DNA of 64,000 nt from Chloroflexota bacterium (GCA_965218195.1 OZ244593.1:310893-374892); one strand, 5' to 3'; counted from the stretch's first letter, positions 28,389-38,324 are shown. The notes: generated by a model not told the origin, from the letters alone. Translations and numbers: made by a program.

Positions 28389-29233
28389 CGGCGACCCAAA
28401 CCGCCGATACGGAACAGGAGCCGGCGCCGGAGGCCGCTTCCGGTCTGAACGACTATCGGGGAAAGTTCGTTGTAGTCAAGATCGGCGGGAGCGACGAGGC
28501 GACTTCCGCGTCGATCTTCGAAGACATCGCCCGGCTCAGGACCGACGGCGCCAAGGTCGTCGTGGTGCACGGCGGCGGAAAGGCGCTCTCCCACTGGCTG
28601 AAACTGGCCGGACGGCAGACCAGGTTTGTCGACGGCCTGCGCGTAACCGACGCCGAAACGCTCGAAGTCGCGGTGATGGTGTTCGCCGGAAAAGTGAATA
28701 AGGAAATCGCTTCACGGCTCGCCGCGCTGGGCTTGCAGGCCGTGGGCATCTCGGGCGTCGACGCCGGCCTCGTGCAAGTGGAACCGGAAACTCACCCGCC
28801 CGGACTGGGACTGGTTGGAAGAATCGTCGCCGTGGATACGCTCCTTATCGACCGGCTGGTCGAGTCGCGAATGATCCCGGTGGTCGCTCCGATAGCGGCG
28901 GACCGAAACGGGCAGATGTACAACGTGAACGCCGACACCGTCGCCGCCGAGATAGCCGCAACGCTTGGCGCGGCAAGCCTTGTATTCGTAACCGACGTCC
29001 GCGGAGTCCTCGACGCGTCCGGTCAACCCATCGACAAGGTGACGCCGCGGATCGCCCGGCAACTCCGTGAGGAAGGGACTATCTCCGGCGGGATGATCCC
29101 CAAAGTCGAGGCGGCGCTAGCGCCCCTGGGCAGCGTTGGCGAAACCCACGTCGTCGACGGATCGATAACGCACGCCCTCATCGACCAGCTTGGACGCCGC
29201 GACGGCCCCGGCACGCGGTTCGCTCTCCGGTAA
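28385..29233 (+). CDS. argB: Acetylglutamate kinase
   Basis: VVKIGG, VVHGGG, GLRVTD, YNVNAD, GGMIPKV; GTG overlaps the argJ stop. Confidence 0.95.
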   Translation: MTATQTADTEQEPAPEAASGLNDYRGKFVVVKIGGSDEATSASIFEDIARLRTDGAKVVVVHGGGKALSHWLKLAGRQTRFVDGLRVTDAETLEVAVMVFAGKVNKEIASRLAALGLQAVGISGVDAGLVQVEPETHPPGLGLVGRIVAVDTLLIDRLVESRMIPVVAPIAADRNGQMYNVNADTVAAEIAATLGAASLVFVTDVRGVLDASGQPIDKVTPRIARQLREEGTISGGMIPKVEAALAPLGSVGETHVVDGSITHALIDQLGRRDGPGTRFALR

Positions 29234-29313
29234 TCGACGGGCGCAAAGGTGAGGCTGGCAATCCGGCTGGTGATACAATCGCCGTCTCCGTTCGCCAACT
29301 CTGGAACGACGCC

Positions 29314-30507
29314 TTGACTCAAACAGCTACCGATTGGAAAGCGCTCGAAGAGCAGTACTACGTTCAGTGCTTCGGTCGAGCGCCGGTCACGCTGGTGCGC
29401 GGCGAGGGCACGAAGGTCTGGGACGACCAGGGCCGGGAATACCTGGACTTTGCCGCCGGGATAGCCGTCAACGCGCTCGGTCACGCCAACGAGGAAATCG
29501 CCGACGCCGTAGCCCGCCAGGCGAGAACGCTCGTCCACACCTCCAATCTGTTCTACACGACTCCCCAGCTCGAGCTTGCCCAAATTCTGATCGATAACTC
29601 CTGTCTCGACCGTATCTTCTACATAAACAGCGGCGGCGAAGCCACAGAAACGGCGGTGAAGTCGGCCCGCAAGTACGGCCGGCTGCATCTTGACGGGGCG
29701 TATGAGGTAGTCACCACCTATCGAGGATTCCACGGCCGCAGTCTTGCCATGACGGCGGCCACCGGCACGCCGGCTTACCAGGAACCGTTCCAGCCAATGC
29801 CCCAGGGATTCGCACACGTCGAATACAACGACCTCGCCGCCCTTGAGTCCGCCGTTTCGGACAAGACGTGCGCCGTAATGATCGAGCTGATCCAGGCCGA
29901 GGGCGGCGTATACGTCGCCGACCTTGAGTATGCCGCCGGTGTTCGCAGCCTTTGCGACGGCCGCGGAATCCTGATGATTCTCGACGAAGTCCAGACCGGC
30001 ATCGGGCGCCTGGGCGCGTTCTACGGCTATGAGCGATTTGACGTCGAGCCGGACATAATCGCCCTCGCCAAGGGCCTCGGCGGCGGATTCCCCATAGGCG
30101 CCACGCTCTTCAAGGAAGAATGCGCCGTGCTGCGCCCCGGCGACCACGGCTCCACGTTTAGCGGCAATCCGCTCGTCTGCGCCGCGGCAAAGGTGGTAAC
30201 CGAGAAGGTGCTGGAACCCGCGTTTCTCGACTCGGTCAGGTCAAAGGGCCGCGCGCTTCGGCAGGCTCTGGAGGATCTCCGGTCGACCGGAAAGGTCGTC
30301 GACGTTCGCGGGATGGGACTTCTGCTCGGTTTTCAGCTCGATACGGTCGAGACCGCCGACGCGCTCATCGCCGGCGCTCGCGATAACGGCCTGCTTATCA
30401 TTAAAGTCTCCGCCGATACCGTTCGCATGGTGCCGCCATTGACGGTCTCGGAGAGCGAAATCGACGCCGCCGTAGGCATAATTCGGAACGTGCTACTCGG
30501 TCTTTAG
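29314..30507 (+). CDS. argD: Acetylornithine aminotransferase
   Basis: AGIAVNALGH, FHGRS, DEVQTGIGR, AKGLGGGFP. Confidence 0.93.
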   Translation: MTQTATDWKALEEQYYVQCFGRAPVTLVRGEGTKVWDDQGREYLDFAAGIAVNALGHANEEIADAVARQARTLVHTSNLFYTTPQLELAQILIDNSCLDRIFYINSGGEATETAVKSARKYGRLHLDGAYEVVTTYRGFHGRSLAMTAATGTPAYQEPFQPMPQGFAHVEYNDLAALESAVSDKTCAVMIELIQAEGGVYVADLEYAAGVRSLCDGRGILMILDEVQTGIGRLGAFYGYERFDVEPDIIALAKGLGGGFPIGATLFKEECAVLRPGDHGSTFSGNPLVCAAAKVVTEKVLEPAFLDSVRSKGRALRQALEDLRSTGKVVDVRGMGLLLGFQLDTVETADALIAGARDNGLLIIKVSADTVRMVPPLTVSESEIDAAVGIIRNVLLGL

Positions 30508-30539
30508 CCGAAGTTCTTCGACACAAGAGAGATTGTTCA

Positions 30540-31775
30540 TTGGAAAAGGTTGTACTCGCCTATTCGGGCGGCCTCGACACCTCCGTATCGGTCCGCTGGA
30601 TTCCGGAAAAATACGGTCTGGAAGTCGTGACGCTCACCATCGATCTGGGACAGGAACGGGAGCTGGACGGCGTCCGCGAGCGGGCGCTTAAAGCCGGCGC
30701 CGTCGAAGCTCGGCTAATCGACGCCAAAGCCACGTTCGTCGAGCACTTCATCTGGCCCGCCCTGCAAGCCGGGGCCGTTTACGAACATTCCTATTATCTG
30801 GCGACGGCCTTGGGACGCCCTCTCATAGCCTGGCTTCTCGTGGACGTCGCCCATGAAGTCGGCGCGTCCGCCGTCGCGCACGGTTCGACCGGCAAGGGCA
30901 ACGACCAGGTCCGGTTCGACGTATCCGTGGCGACTCTCGACCCCGACCTTCGCGTAATCGCTCCGGTGCGCGAGTGGAAGATGACGCGCGACGCCGAGCT
31001 TGAGTATGCGGCCGAGCACGGCATCGAGGTGCCCGTCACCAAGGAAAGCCCATACAGCGTTGACGAAAATCTTTGGGGCAGGAGCATCGAAGCCGGCCCG
31101 CTCGAAGACCCCTGGCGGGAACCGGCGCGCGACGTGTACGAATGGACAGTCGATTCGAGCGAAGCCCCCGACGATCCGGACTACGTGGACGTGGAGTTTG
31201 AAAGCGGTATACCGGTGGCCCTCGATGGCGAAAAGCTCGGCGGGGTCGACTTGATCCAGAAGCTGCACAGACTCGGCGGCAGTCATGGCATCGGTAGGAC
31301 CGACCATATCGAGAACCGCCTGGTAGGAATCAAGTCACGCGAAGTCTACGAGGCGCCCGCCGCCGAGATCCTGCACAGCGCGCACCGGGAACTCGAAAAA
31401 CTCACGCTTTCCAAGGACCAGATGCGATTCAAGCAACACGTCTCCAACGCCTACGCCGACATGGTCTACAACGGCCAGTGGTTTTCGGCGTTGCATCGAG
31501 AGCTGGCGGCCTATCTGAAAGTTAACCAGGAACACGTAACGGGCAAGGTCAAGGTCAAGCTGCACAAGGGCGCCTGCACCGTCGTGGGCCGCGAATCGCC
31601 GAAGGGGCTCTATCAGATGAGTCTGGCCACCTACGGGCGGGAAGACGCTTACGACCACGACGCGGCAATCGGATTCATAAAGATTCATGGTCTCAGTCAG
31701 CAGACTCAGGCGCGAATTCAGCTTGGCAGCCCAGGCCAAACACCTATCCTGCAGACGCCAGCCGACGGCGAATGA
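30540..31775 (+). CDS. argG: Argininosuccinate synthase
   Basis: VLAYSGGLDTS, GKGNDQVRF, SVDENLWG, GIKSREVYE. Confidence 0.97.
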   Translation: MEKVVLAYSGGLDTSVSVRWIPEKYGLEVVTLTIDLGQERELDGVRERALKAGAVEARLIDAKATFVEHFIWPALQAGAVYEHSYYLATALGRPLIAWLLVDVAHEVGASAVAHGSTGKGNDQVRFDVSVATLDPDLRVIAPVREWKMTRDAELEYAAEHGIEVPVTKESPYSVDENLWGRSIEAGPLEDPWREPARDVYEWTVDSSEAPDDPDYVDVEFESGIPVALDGEKLGGVDLIQKLHRLGGSHGIGRTDHIENRLVGIKSREVYEAPAAEILHSAHRELEKLTLSKDQMRFKQHVSNAYADMVYNGQWFSALHRELAAYLKVNQEHVTGKVKVKLHKGACTVVGRESPKGLYQMSLATYGREDAYDHDAAIGFIKIHGLSQQTQARIQLGSPGQTPILQTPADGE

Positions 31776-33208
31776 CGCTCTGGAAGGGCCGCTTTGGACC
31801 TGGCGGCGGCTCGGAAGCGATCAAGTTCACCAGTTCGTTCCAGTTTGACCGGCGGTTCTATCGAGAGGACATCGCGGCCAGCATCGCCCATGCCGAGATG
31901 CTCGGCGCAACCGGAATAATCTCGCGGGACCAGTCCGAAGCCCTTGTTTCCGGGCTATCCCGTCTCAGGCTCCAGATCGACGAGCAGGGGTTTCCCGACG
32001 ACGCCGACGACGAAGACATCTTCACCTTCGTCGAGAGGCGTTTGGGCGAAATGATCGGCGACCCGGCCCGCGCCCTGCACACGGCGCGCAGCCGCAACGA
32101 CCAGGTCGCCACGGATTTCAGACTGTATCTCAAGGGGTTGTGCCGCCGGATGGCGCTGGCGGTCTGCGGACTCGACGCGTCGATCATCTCTTTGGCCACA
32201 AGACACCCGGACGCGATCACCGCGGGCATGACCCATCTTCAAGCTGCGCAGCCCGTGCTGTTCGCCCATCAGCTGATGGCGTATCACGAGATGCTCAACC
32301 GCGACCTCGACCTTCTGGACATGGCGTTCGACCGCGCCGACGTGCTGCCGCTCGGCGCCGGCGCGCTGGCCGGCGTCCCTTATCCGGTCGATCCCGAGCG
32401 CGTCGCGAGATCGCTCAAGTTCGGCAAGATCGCCGCCAACAGCATGGACGCGGTATCCGACCGCGACTTCGTGCTCGATTTCCTGTACGCGGCGACGTCA
32501 ACGGCGATTCATCTGTCCCGGATGGCCGAGGACGTATGCGTGATGAATTCCCAGCCGTTCGCCGCCATCAACATAAGCGACTCCTATTCGACCGGCAGCA
32601 GCATCATGCCCCAGAAGAAGAACCCCGACGTCGCGGAGCTGGCGCGCGGAAAATCGGGCCGGATAATCGGCAGGTTTGCGGGCTTGCTGGCTACGATGAA
32701 GGGCCTCCCCCTCACCTACAACCTGGACATGCAGGAGGATAAGGAAGCGGTCTTCGACGTGGAAGACAACATTCTTCCGTCAATCCCCGCCCTGGACGGC
32801 CTCTTTGCGACGCTGGAAATTGATGAAGAGCGGATGCTCCAATTGGCGTCGATGGGCAACTCCTCCGCCACCGATCTTGCCGATTATCTGGTCGGCAAGG
32901 GCGTCAGCTTTCGCGAAGCTCACGCGGTCGTTGGCCGGATCGTCCGCGAGTGCGTAGACCGCAGCGCCGACCTTTCGACGCTCGGACTTGAAGATCTAGA
33001 GCGGCATTCCGGAGCATTCGGTCCGGACGTGCTCGCGCGCCTCGAACCCGCATGGTCGGTGCGGGCGCGAACTTCGCCCGGCGGGACGGCCCCCCGGAAC
33101 GTGGCGTCGGCAATCGCCGCCGGTCAGGCTCGGGTTGAATCTGTCCGCGAGACTTGGGAGGCGCGCGGCCTGCCGCTGGACAACCATGATTCGCACTCCG
33201 GGGATTGA
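31772..33208 (+). CDS. argH: Argininosuccinate lyase
   Basis: LWKGRF, RSRNDQ, GSSIMPQKKNPD, YNLDMQEDKE. Confidence 0.97.
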   Translation: MTLWKGRFGPGGGSEAIKFTSSFQFDRRFYREDIAASIAHAEMLGATGIISRDQSEALVSGLSRLRLQIDEQGFPDDADDEDIFTFVERRLGEMIGDPARALHTARSRNDQVATDFRLYLKGLCRRMALAVCGLDASIISLATRHPDAITAGMTHLQAAQPVLFAHQLMAYHEMLNRDLDLLDMAFDRADVLPLGAGALAGVPYPVDPERVARSLKFGKIAANSMDAVSDRDFVLDFLYAATSTAIHLSRMAEDVCVMNSQPFAAINISDSYSTGSSIMPQKKNPDVAELARGKSGRIIGRFAGLLATMKGLPLTYNLDMQEDKEAVFDVEDNILPSIPALDGLFATLEIDEERMLQLASMGNSSATDLADYLVGKGVSFREAHAVVGRIVRECVDRSADLSTLGLEDLERHSGAFGPDVLARLEPAWSVRARTSPGGTAPRNVASAIAAGQARVESVRETWEARGLPLDNHDSHSGD

Positions 33209-33364
33209 CTGCCCCACCAACCTCAGCCAGGTTCGCCGCCGCCCGGCGGCTGATTCGGCTCACCCGGTTCAAATGCGGGATTGCCTGCAAGCCGGCGCGC
33301 AATCGCTGAACGAAAGGCTGCCGCCGTATATGCAAAATCGCGGTGAAGGCCGGAGGGCGTCCGG

Positions 33365-34126
33365 ATGACGCGCGACCTGTCTATCGTGATTCCCGCCTTT
33401 CAGGAAGAGTTGCGACTGCCCAAAACGCTTGCGGCTCTGGATGATTTTGTCGCGGCGGGCGCGAGCGATATCGAAGTGCTGCTCGTCGACGATGGCAGCG
33501 ACGACGCCACGGCCTGCATCATGAGCGCCTGGTGCGCCGAGCGCCCCTTTGCGCGATCTCTCGTTCTCCTCCATGCCGGCAAGGCCCACGCCGTAAAAAC
33601 GGGAATCATGGCCGCTCGCCGGAATCGCGTGCTTTTCATGGACGCGGACCTGGCAGTCCCGCTCGGAGAAATCCCGAAACTGCTGCATGAACTTGATCGC
33701 GGGGCGGACGTTGCCGTCGGATCGAGGGAGACGCACGGATCCCGCAGGGTTGGCGAGTCTCCGTTGAGGCGTTTTCGCGGTCGAGCGTTCAACTGGCTGG
33801 TTCGATCCCTGCTGGTCAAGGGGATCAACGATACGCAATGCGGCTTCAAGGGGTTCACGAGGAAGGCCGCCCGTCAAATCTTTTCGAGGACCCTGCTCCA
33901 CGCCGTACCCAATCCAGGCCTGAAAGGGCCAAGCGTTACGGCGTTTGACGTCGAAGTGCTCTTCCTGGCGGAGTACCTGGGGCTCGAAATCGCAGAGGTC
34001 CCGGTTCGGTGGACCCACGTGCCGGAAAGCAAGGTGCGCACGCTGGCCGACCCGTTGCGCATGACGGGCGACGTACTAAAAATTCGCCTCAACGCGATGA
34101 CCGGAAAATACTCCGGGCCGGAGTAA
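33365..34126 (+). CDS. GT2 polyprenol-phosphate glycosyltransferase (Dol-P-Glc/Man synthase-like)
   Basis: VIPAFQEE, VDDGSDD, FMDADLA, DTQCGFK, FDVEVL. Confidence 0.9.
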   Translation: MTRDLSIVIPAFQEELRLPKTLAALDDFVAAGASDIEVLLVDDGSDDATACIMSAWCAERPFARSLVLLHAGKAHAVKTGIMAARRNRVLFMDADLAVPLGEIPKLLHELDRGADVAVGSRETHGSRRVGESPLRRFRGRAFNWLVRSLLVKGINDTQCGFKGFTRKAARQIFSRTLLHAVPNPGLKGPSVTAFDVEVLFLAEYLGLEIAEVPVRWTHVPESKVRTLADPLRMTGDVLKIRLNAMTGKYSGPE

Positions 34127-34133
34127 CAAGCCC

Positions 34134-35750
34134 TTGCGAATCGCCGTCTACGACGCATGGCTTCACACCCTCGGGGGCGGCGAAAAACACATGCTTGCGG
34201 CGGCCATTGCACTCAGCGAACGCCACAAAGTACACGTACACAGCCACCGTCCGGTAACAAGAAAGATGCTCGAAACGGCGACCGGACTGGGTCTCGGCGA
34301 CCTCAAAATATGTATCGAACCCAACACCCCCGCAAAGCACTTTTTGCGGCGATTTCGTGACTACGACTTCTTCATAAATTCGACGCACGACAGCCTCCTG
34401 CCAAATCCATGCAAGAGAGGACTCCGGTTGCTTTTCTTTCCTCCTCCGCGACCCAACCGAATCCTCGCCGCGGCGGCTCGCACCGCTGGAGCCGCGGCCT
34501 GGAATCTTGGAGTTCCTCGGTGTTCGGAGGGGTTCTACGGCCCCGAGCGAGTTGGCCGCGGCTGGTTTAGAAATACCGGAAGCGCGGCCGAGATCACGAC
34601 CGCCGGTTCTCGCAAGGGCCAGCTCCGGTTCATGGCGGGCAATGCATCGGACGAGCCGAAGATCGTCACGATCTTGGTGGAAGGTCGGGAAGTCCGCCGC
34701 GCGGAAATCCCGCCGACGAAAGGCGGCTTCACGCCGGTCGGTCCGATAGCGGTCCCGTCCGGCGGCGGAGTGGCCCCGACGATCCGGATTCGCGTAGACG
34801 GCGTCACCGCCGCCTTGGACGCCGACGACGCCGAGGACCGTGAGATCGGCATCGCGGTCGCCGACCCAAACACCGGCTCGCTGCTCGAAATCCCTTACCG
34901 TCTGCTGACCCGTCGGCTCTTTCCGCGGTTGGGAGAGGGAATCGAACGGCTCAATAGCGCCGGCGGACGCGACGACCTGGCCAGCTACGACAGAATCGTC
35001 GCAAACTCGCACTTCACCGCCGGGTGGCTTCGGCGGTGGTGGGACCTTCCTTGTGAAGTCGTTCATCCACCGGTCGAAGCGATAGACACTCCATCGTCAA
35101 TTGACCGCCCATCGTCATTCCCGCGAAAGCGGGAATCCACGCTGACCGCGGCGTACAAGAGACCGGAGATCCTGTCCGTCGGGCGCTTTTTCGTGGGAGG
35201 CCATAGTAAAAACCACCAAATGATGATCGAAACGTTCGCACGGATGATCCGGCGCGAACGCCTCACGGGTTGGACCCTGCGCCTCATCGGCGCCTCGGGG
35301 TCCGCGCCCGCCGACCGTGTGTATCTGGCCGGTTTGCGGTCGCTTGCCGGCGGTCTGCCAGTTCAGATAGAGACCGATGTCGATATCACTCGGGTCCGCG
35401 AAGCCTACCGGCGCGCAAGCATTTACTGGCACGCCGCCGGATTTGGCCAAAACGAGAAGCGCGCGCCCGAGGCGTTCGAGCATTTCGGCATCGCGCCCGT
35501 CGAAGCGATGAGCGCCGGGGCGGTTCCCGTCGTATTCGACGGCGGGGGTGTGAGAGAAACCGTTGAAGACGGCGACTCAGGCTACTTGTGGAGATCGGCC
35601 TCTCAGCTACGAAAAATCTCCTGGAGGTTGATACGGGACGCGAGTCTGCGAAATCGCCTCGCCGCCGCCGCCGTGGCGCGGAGCAAGGAGTTCAGCCCCG
35701 AGAAATTTCGTAAAGACTTCACGGGCATAGTCGAAGGTCTGCTCTCATAG
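34134..35750 (+). CDS. Glycosyltransferase family 4 with inserted beta-rich domain and in-frame REP
   Basis: TLGGGEK, ANSHFT, ILSVGRFF, EHFGIAPVEAMSAG. Confidence 0.85.
   Translation: MRIAVYDAWLHTLGGGEKHMLAAAIALSERHKVHVHSHRPVTRKMLETATGLGLGDLKICIEPNTPAKHFLRRFRDYDFFINSTHDSLLPNPCKRGLRLLFFPPPRPNRILAAAARTAGAAAWNLGVPRCSEGFYGPERVGRGWFRNTGSAAEITTAGSRKGQLRFMAGNASDEPKIVTILVEGREVRRAEIPPTKGGFTPVGPIAVPSGGGVAPTIRIRVDGVTAALDADDAEDREIGIAVADPNTGSLLEIPYRLLTRRLFPRLGEGIERLNSAGGRDDLASYDRIVANSHFTAGWLRRWWDLPCEVVHPPVEAIDTPSSIDRPSSFPRKRESTLTAAYKRPEILSVGRFFVGGHSKNHQMMIETFARMIRRERLTGWTLRLIGASGSAPADRVYLAGLRSLAGGLPVQIETDVDITRVREAYRRASIYWHAAGFGQNEKRAPEAFEHFGIAPVEAMSAGAVPVVFDGGGVRETVEDGDSGYLWRSASQLRKISWRLIRDASLRNRLAAAAVARSKEFSPEKFRKDFTGIVEGLLS
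35095..35140 (+). repeat. CGTC-type REP element inside the GT4 coding sequence
   Basis: CGTCATTCCCGCGAAAGCGGGAATCCA at 35113-35139, with an upstream CGTCA..GACCGC part also present in the intergenic copy at 38005. Confidence 0.85.
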
Positions 35751-35788
35751 CCGGTCGTATCGGCTGCGAACGGTGAAACGGGGTTGAC

Positions 35789-37981
35789 GTGCTGGACGCC
35801 GTAATCTGGACCGCGCTGCTCGTTCCGGCGAGCCTGGCGGGCCTTCCGCTGGCTTCGCTCGCATTTCAAAACCTGCCGTCCCGCGGCGCGTTTCTCGCCA
35901 AGCCGATCGGGGTGTTGCTGGTCGCCTACACCGGCTGGCTGCTTCTGTTTATCGGGCCGTTTACCAACAGCCGCGGATTCCATCTGGCGGTCCTGTTCGG
36001 GATAGCGGCTATCTCGATGGCGACTCGCTACATGATTCCGCGGCTTCGCCGGATGAAGTATCCGACCTGGCGCCGGATCGGGGCGACCGAGCTGATATTC
36101 GCGGTCGTTTTCCTGGCGTATGCCGTCTACCGGTCGAGAAACCCTGAAATATGGGGAACCGAGAAACCGATGGATTTCGCATTGCTCAACGGGATATTTC
36201 TCAGCCCGAATTTTCCGCCCAACGATCCGTGGTTCTCCGGACACGGCATCAACTATTACTACTTCGGATATGCCGTGGCGAGCGCCTTGACGTGGGCTTC
36301 CGGCGTTAAACCCGCCGTCGGGTTCAACCTCGCCCTCGGCACGTACCTGGCCCTGGCGTTCGCCGGAGCCTGGTCGCTCGGATACGACCTCGCCGGCCTC
36401 ATTCGACCGCTGGCCGGAAGACTTGCAAAGTACGCGGTCGGAGCGGTCACGGCCGCGCTGGTCATGCTGGGCGGAAATCTATACGTCCTCCACGTCATTG
36501 GCGACGGCGAAGCGTTGAGCTTTTGGAAAGGACTCGGCTGGGACGCGACGCGAGTGATTCAGTCGAGCGCCGGCGGCGAGCTTGTCGATTACACGATCAA
36601 CGAGTTCCCGGTCTTTTCGTTCATTCTCGGCGATCTTCACCCCCACGTGATGGCGCTGCCGTTTACTCTGCTGGCAACCTCGCTGGCCGTCTCATGGTTC
36701 GTAAACTGGTCTAGCCTGTCGCGGCTCAAGCCTGGCGACCTGGCCGTCGCGGTGATTTCGGGCTGGGTGCTCGGATCTCTGTACGTCATCAATTCCTGGG
36801 ACTTCCCAAGCTTCTTCGTTCTCATCCTCATCGCCGCCGCGGTTGGACTGATTTGGTTCAATCCCCATCGGGGTTTACGGACGATCATCTGGTTGATCGC
36901 GTCCCTCACCGTGGCGACGTTTGCCGCGGTCGTCGCGTACCTGCCGTTCCACGTGCAGTTCGAGCCGTTTGCGAGCGGTATCGGCGTTGTGGGGATTCGT
37001 TCCAGCATTACGCAGTTTCTTACGATCTTCGGCTTGTGGGTGCTGGTCGCCATCATCTTTTTCACATACCGCTTGAGAGCCGGCCCCATTCGATTGACCG
37101 TCTTTGCATGTGGCCTCCTGATCGTCGGCGTGGTGTGGCTGCTCTTCGATCGGATGGCCGTATTCGCCCTGTGCTCGGTACTCGTAGTCGCCGCGCTGGC
37201 TACGGCGACGCGGAGCCGCGCCGGTCTCGGATTGGGCGCCGTCTCGGTTCTGTTTTTCGGGGGATTCGGGCTGGCGGCAATTCCGGAGCTGGTTTTCGTT
37301 AAGGACTTCTTCGGGCCGCCCAACACCCGCATGAACACCGTATTCAAGCTCTACTATCAGGTCTGGCCGATTATCGGCGTCGCCTCCGGCGGGGCGATCT
37401 ACTGGATCGCAACGGAGACTGCCCGTCTGCCGAACGTTAGACGGGTATTGCTGACGGCGGGACTGGCTCCGGTCTTTGCGTTTCTTGTCGCAACGTCGAT
37501 GGCGTACACCGCTATCGCGGGGAAAATGAAGACCGATTTCTTCGATCACGTCACCCTCGACGGACTGGCCTTCGCGCCCGAGGTCTTCGCTTCCGACGTG
37601 GACGCCGCGGAATGGCTGCGAAAGAACGCCGCGTCGCACGAGACCGTCCTCGAAGCTTCGGATAAGCCTTACACCAGTTACAGTCGGGTATCGGCCTGGA
37701 CCGGCATTCCCACTCTGGTCGGCTGGGTCCAGCACGAGCAGCTCTGGCGCAACACTGATCCTCTCGTCACCGAGCGGGTCGATGCCATCGACCGCATCTA
37801 CTCAAGCGCCCCCATCGAAGAGGCGTTGAATCTCCTTCACGTTCATCAGGTTGATTACGTCTTCGTAGGCTCTCTAGAACGCACCAAGTACGGCTACGGC
37901 GTGGTGAGCCGGTTCTCCTTCTTGCCCGTGGCGTTCGAAGCCCCCGGCGCCATCATCTACAAAGTCCCCCCACCCAGCTAA
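35789..37981 (+). CDS. DUF2298 (YYY-motif) membrane protein
   Basis: WGTEKPMDF, PPNDPWFSG..INYYYFG, NEFP.FSF.LGDLHPH, RMNTVFKLYYQ. Confidence 0.88.
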   Translation: MLDAVIWTALLVPASLAGLPLASLAFQNLPSRGAFLAKPIGVLLVAYTGWLLLFIGPFTNSRGFHLAVLFGIAAISMATRYMIPRLRRMKYPTWRRIGATELIFAVVFLAYAVYRSRNPEIWGTEKPMDFALLNGIFLSPNFPPNDPWFSGHGINYYYFGYAVASALTWASGVKPAVGFNLALGTYLALAFAGAWSLGYDLAGLIRPLAGRLAKYAVGAVTAALVMLGGNLYVLHVIGDGEALSFWKGLGWDATRVIQSSAGGELVDYTINEFPVFSFILGDLHPHVMALPFTLLATSLAVSWFVNWSSLSRLKPGDLAVAVISGWVLGSLYVINSWDFPSFFVLILIAAAVGLIWFNPHRGLRTIIWLIASLTVATFAAVVAYLPFHVQFEPFASGIGVVGIRSSITQFLTIFGLWVLVAIIFFTYRLRAGPIRLTVFACGLLIVGVVWLLFDRMAVFALCSVLVVAALATATRSRAGLGLGAVSVLFFGGFGLAAIPELVFVKDFFGPPNTRMNTVFKLYYQVWPIIGVASGGAIYWIATETARLPNVRRVLLTAGLAPVFAFLVATSMAYTAIAGKMKTDFFDHVTLDGLAFAPEVFASDVDAAEWLRKNAASHETVLEASDKPYTSYSRVSAWTGIPTLVGWVQHEQLWRNTDPLVTERVDAIDRIYSSAPIEEALNLLHVHQVDYVFVGSLERTKYGYGVVSRFSFLPVAFEAPGAIIYKVPPPS

Positions 37982-38004
37982 TCCCAGCCGCTCCAGCGCC
38001 TTGC

Positions 38005-38052
38005 CGTCATTCCGACCGCTTATTCGTCATTCCGGCGAAAGCCGGAATCCAG
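38005..38052 (+). repeat. CGTC-type REP palindrome
   Basis: CGTCATTCCGGCGAAAGCCGGAATCCAG plus a partial upstream copy. Confidence 0.85.
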
Positions 38053-38167
38053 TCCCAATACAACCCGCAGTTCGAATGAGACGCGGCGCGGCGGCGCCCT
38101 TGTAACGCTGGCAGGCTCCAACTGCCGCAGGTAAGCTAGCCGCACCATTGCTCCCACGGGGTAACCC

Positions 38168-38317
38168 ATGCCGCACATATTCGACAATATCGAGTCCGAC
38201 CTACTCCCGGCTCTCACTGAGACGCTTAAGGTCTCGCATCGGGCCTATCTCTGCGTCGGCTACTTCAACCTGCGCGGCTGGCGACTGGTCGACCAGCTTT
38301 TGGTGGGACCGAGGTGA
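38168..38317 (+). pseudogene. 49-codon N-terminal remnant of a PLD-domain/SNF2 helicase
   Basis: [45 protein letters not shown], then stop; below the track length cutoff. Confidence 0.7.
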
Positions 38318-38324
38318 GGAGCCG

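Noticed and set aside
38148-38324. Track's N-terminal extension of hsdM
   Set aside because: No HsdM similarity; the real start at 38325 has an RBS, and the region encodes the helicase stub in another frame.
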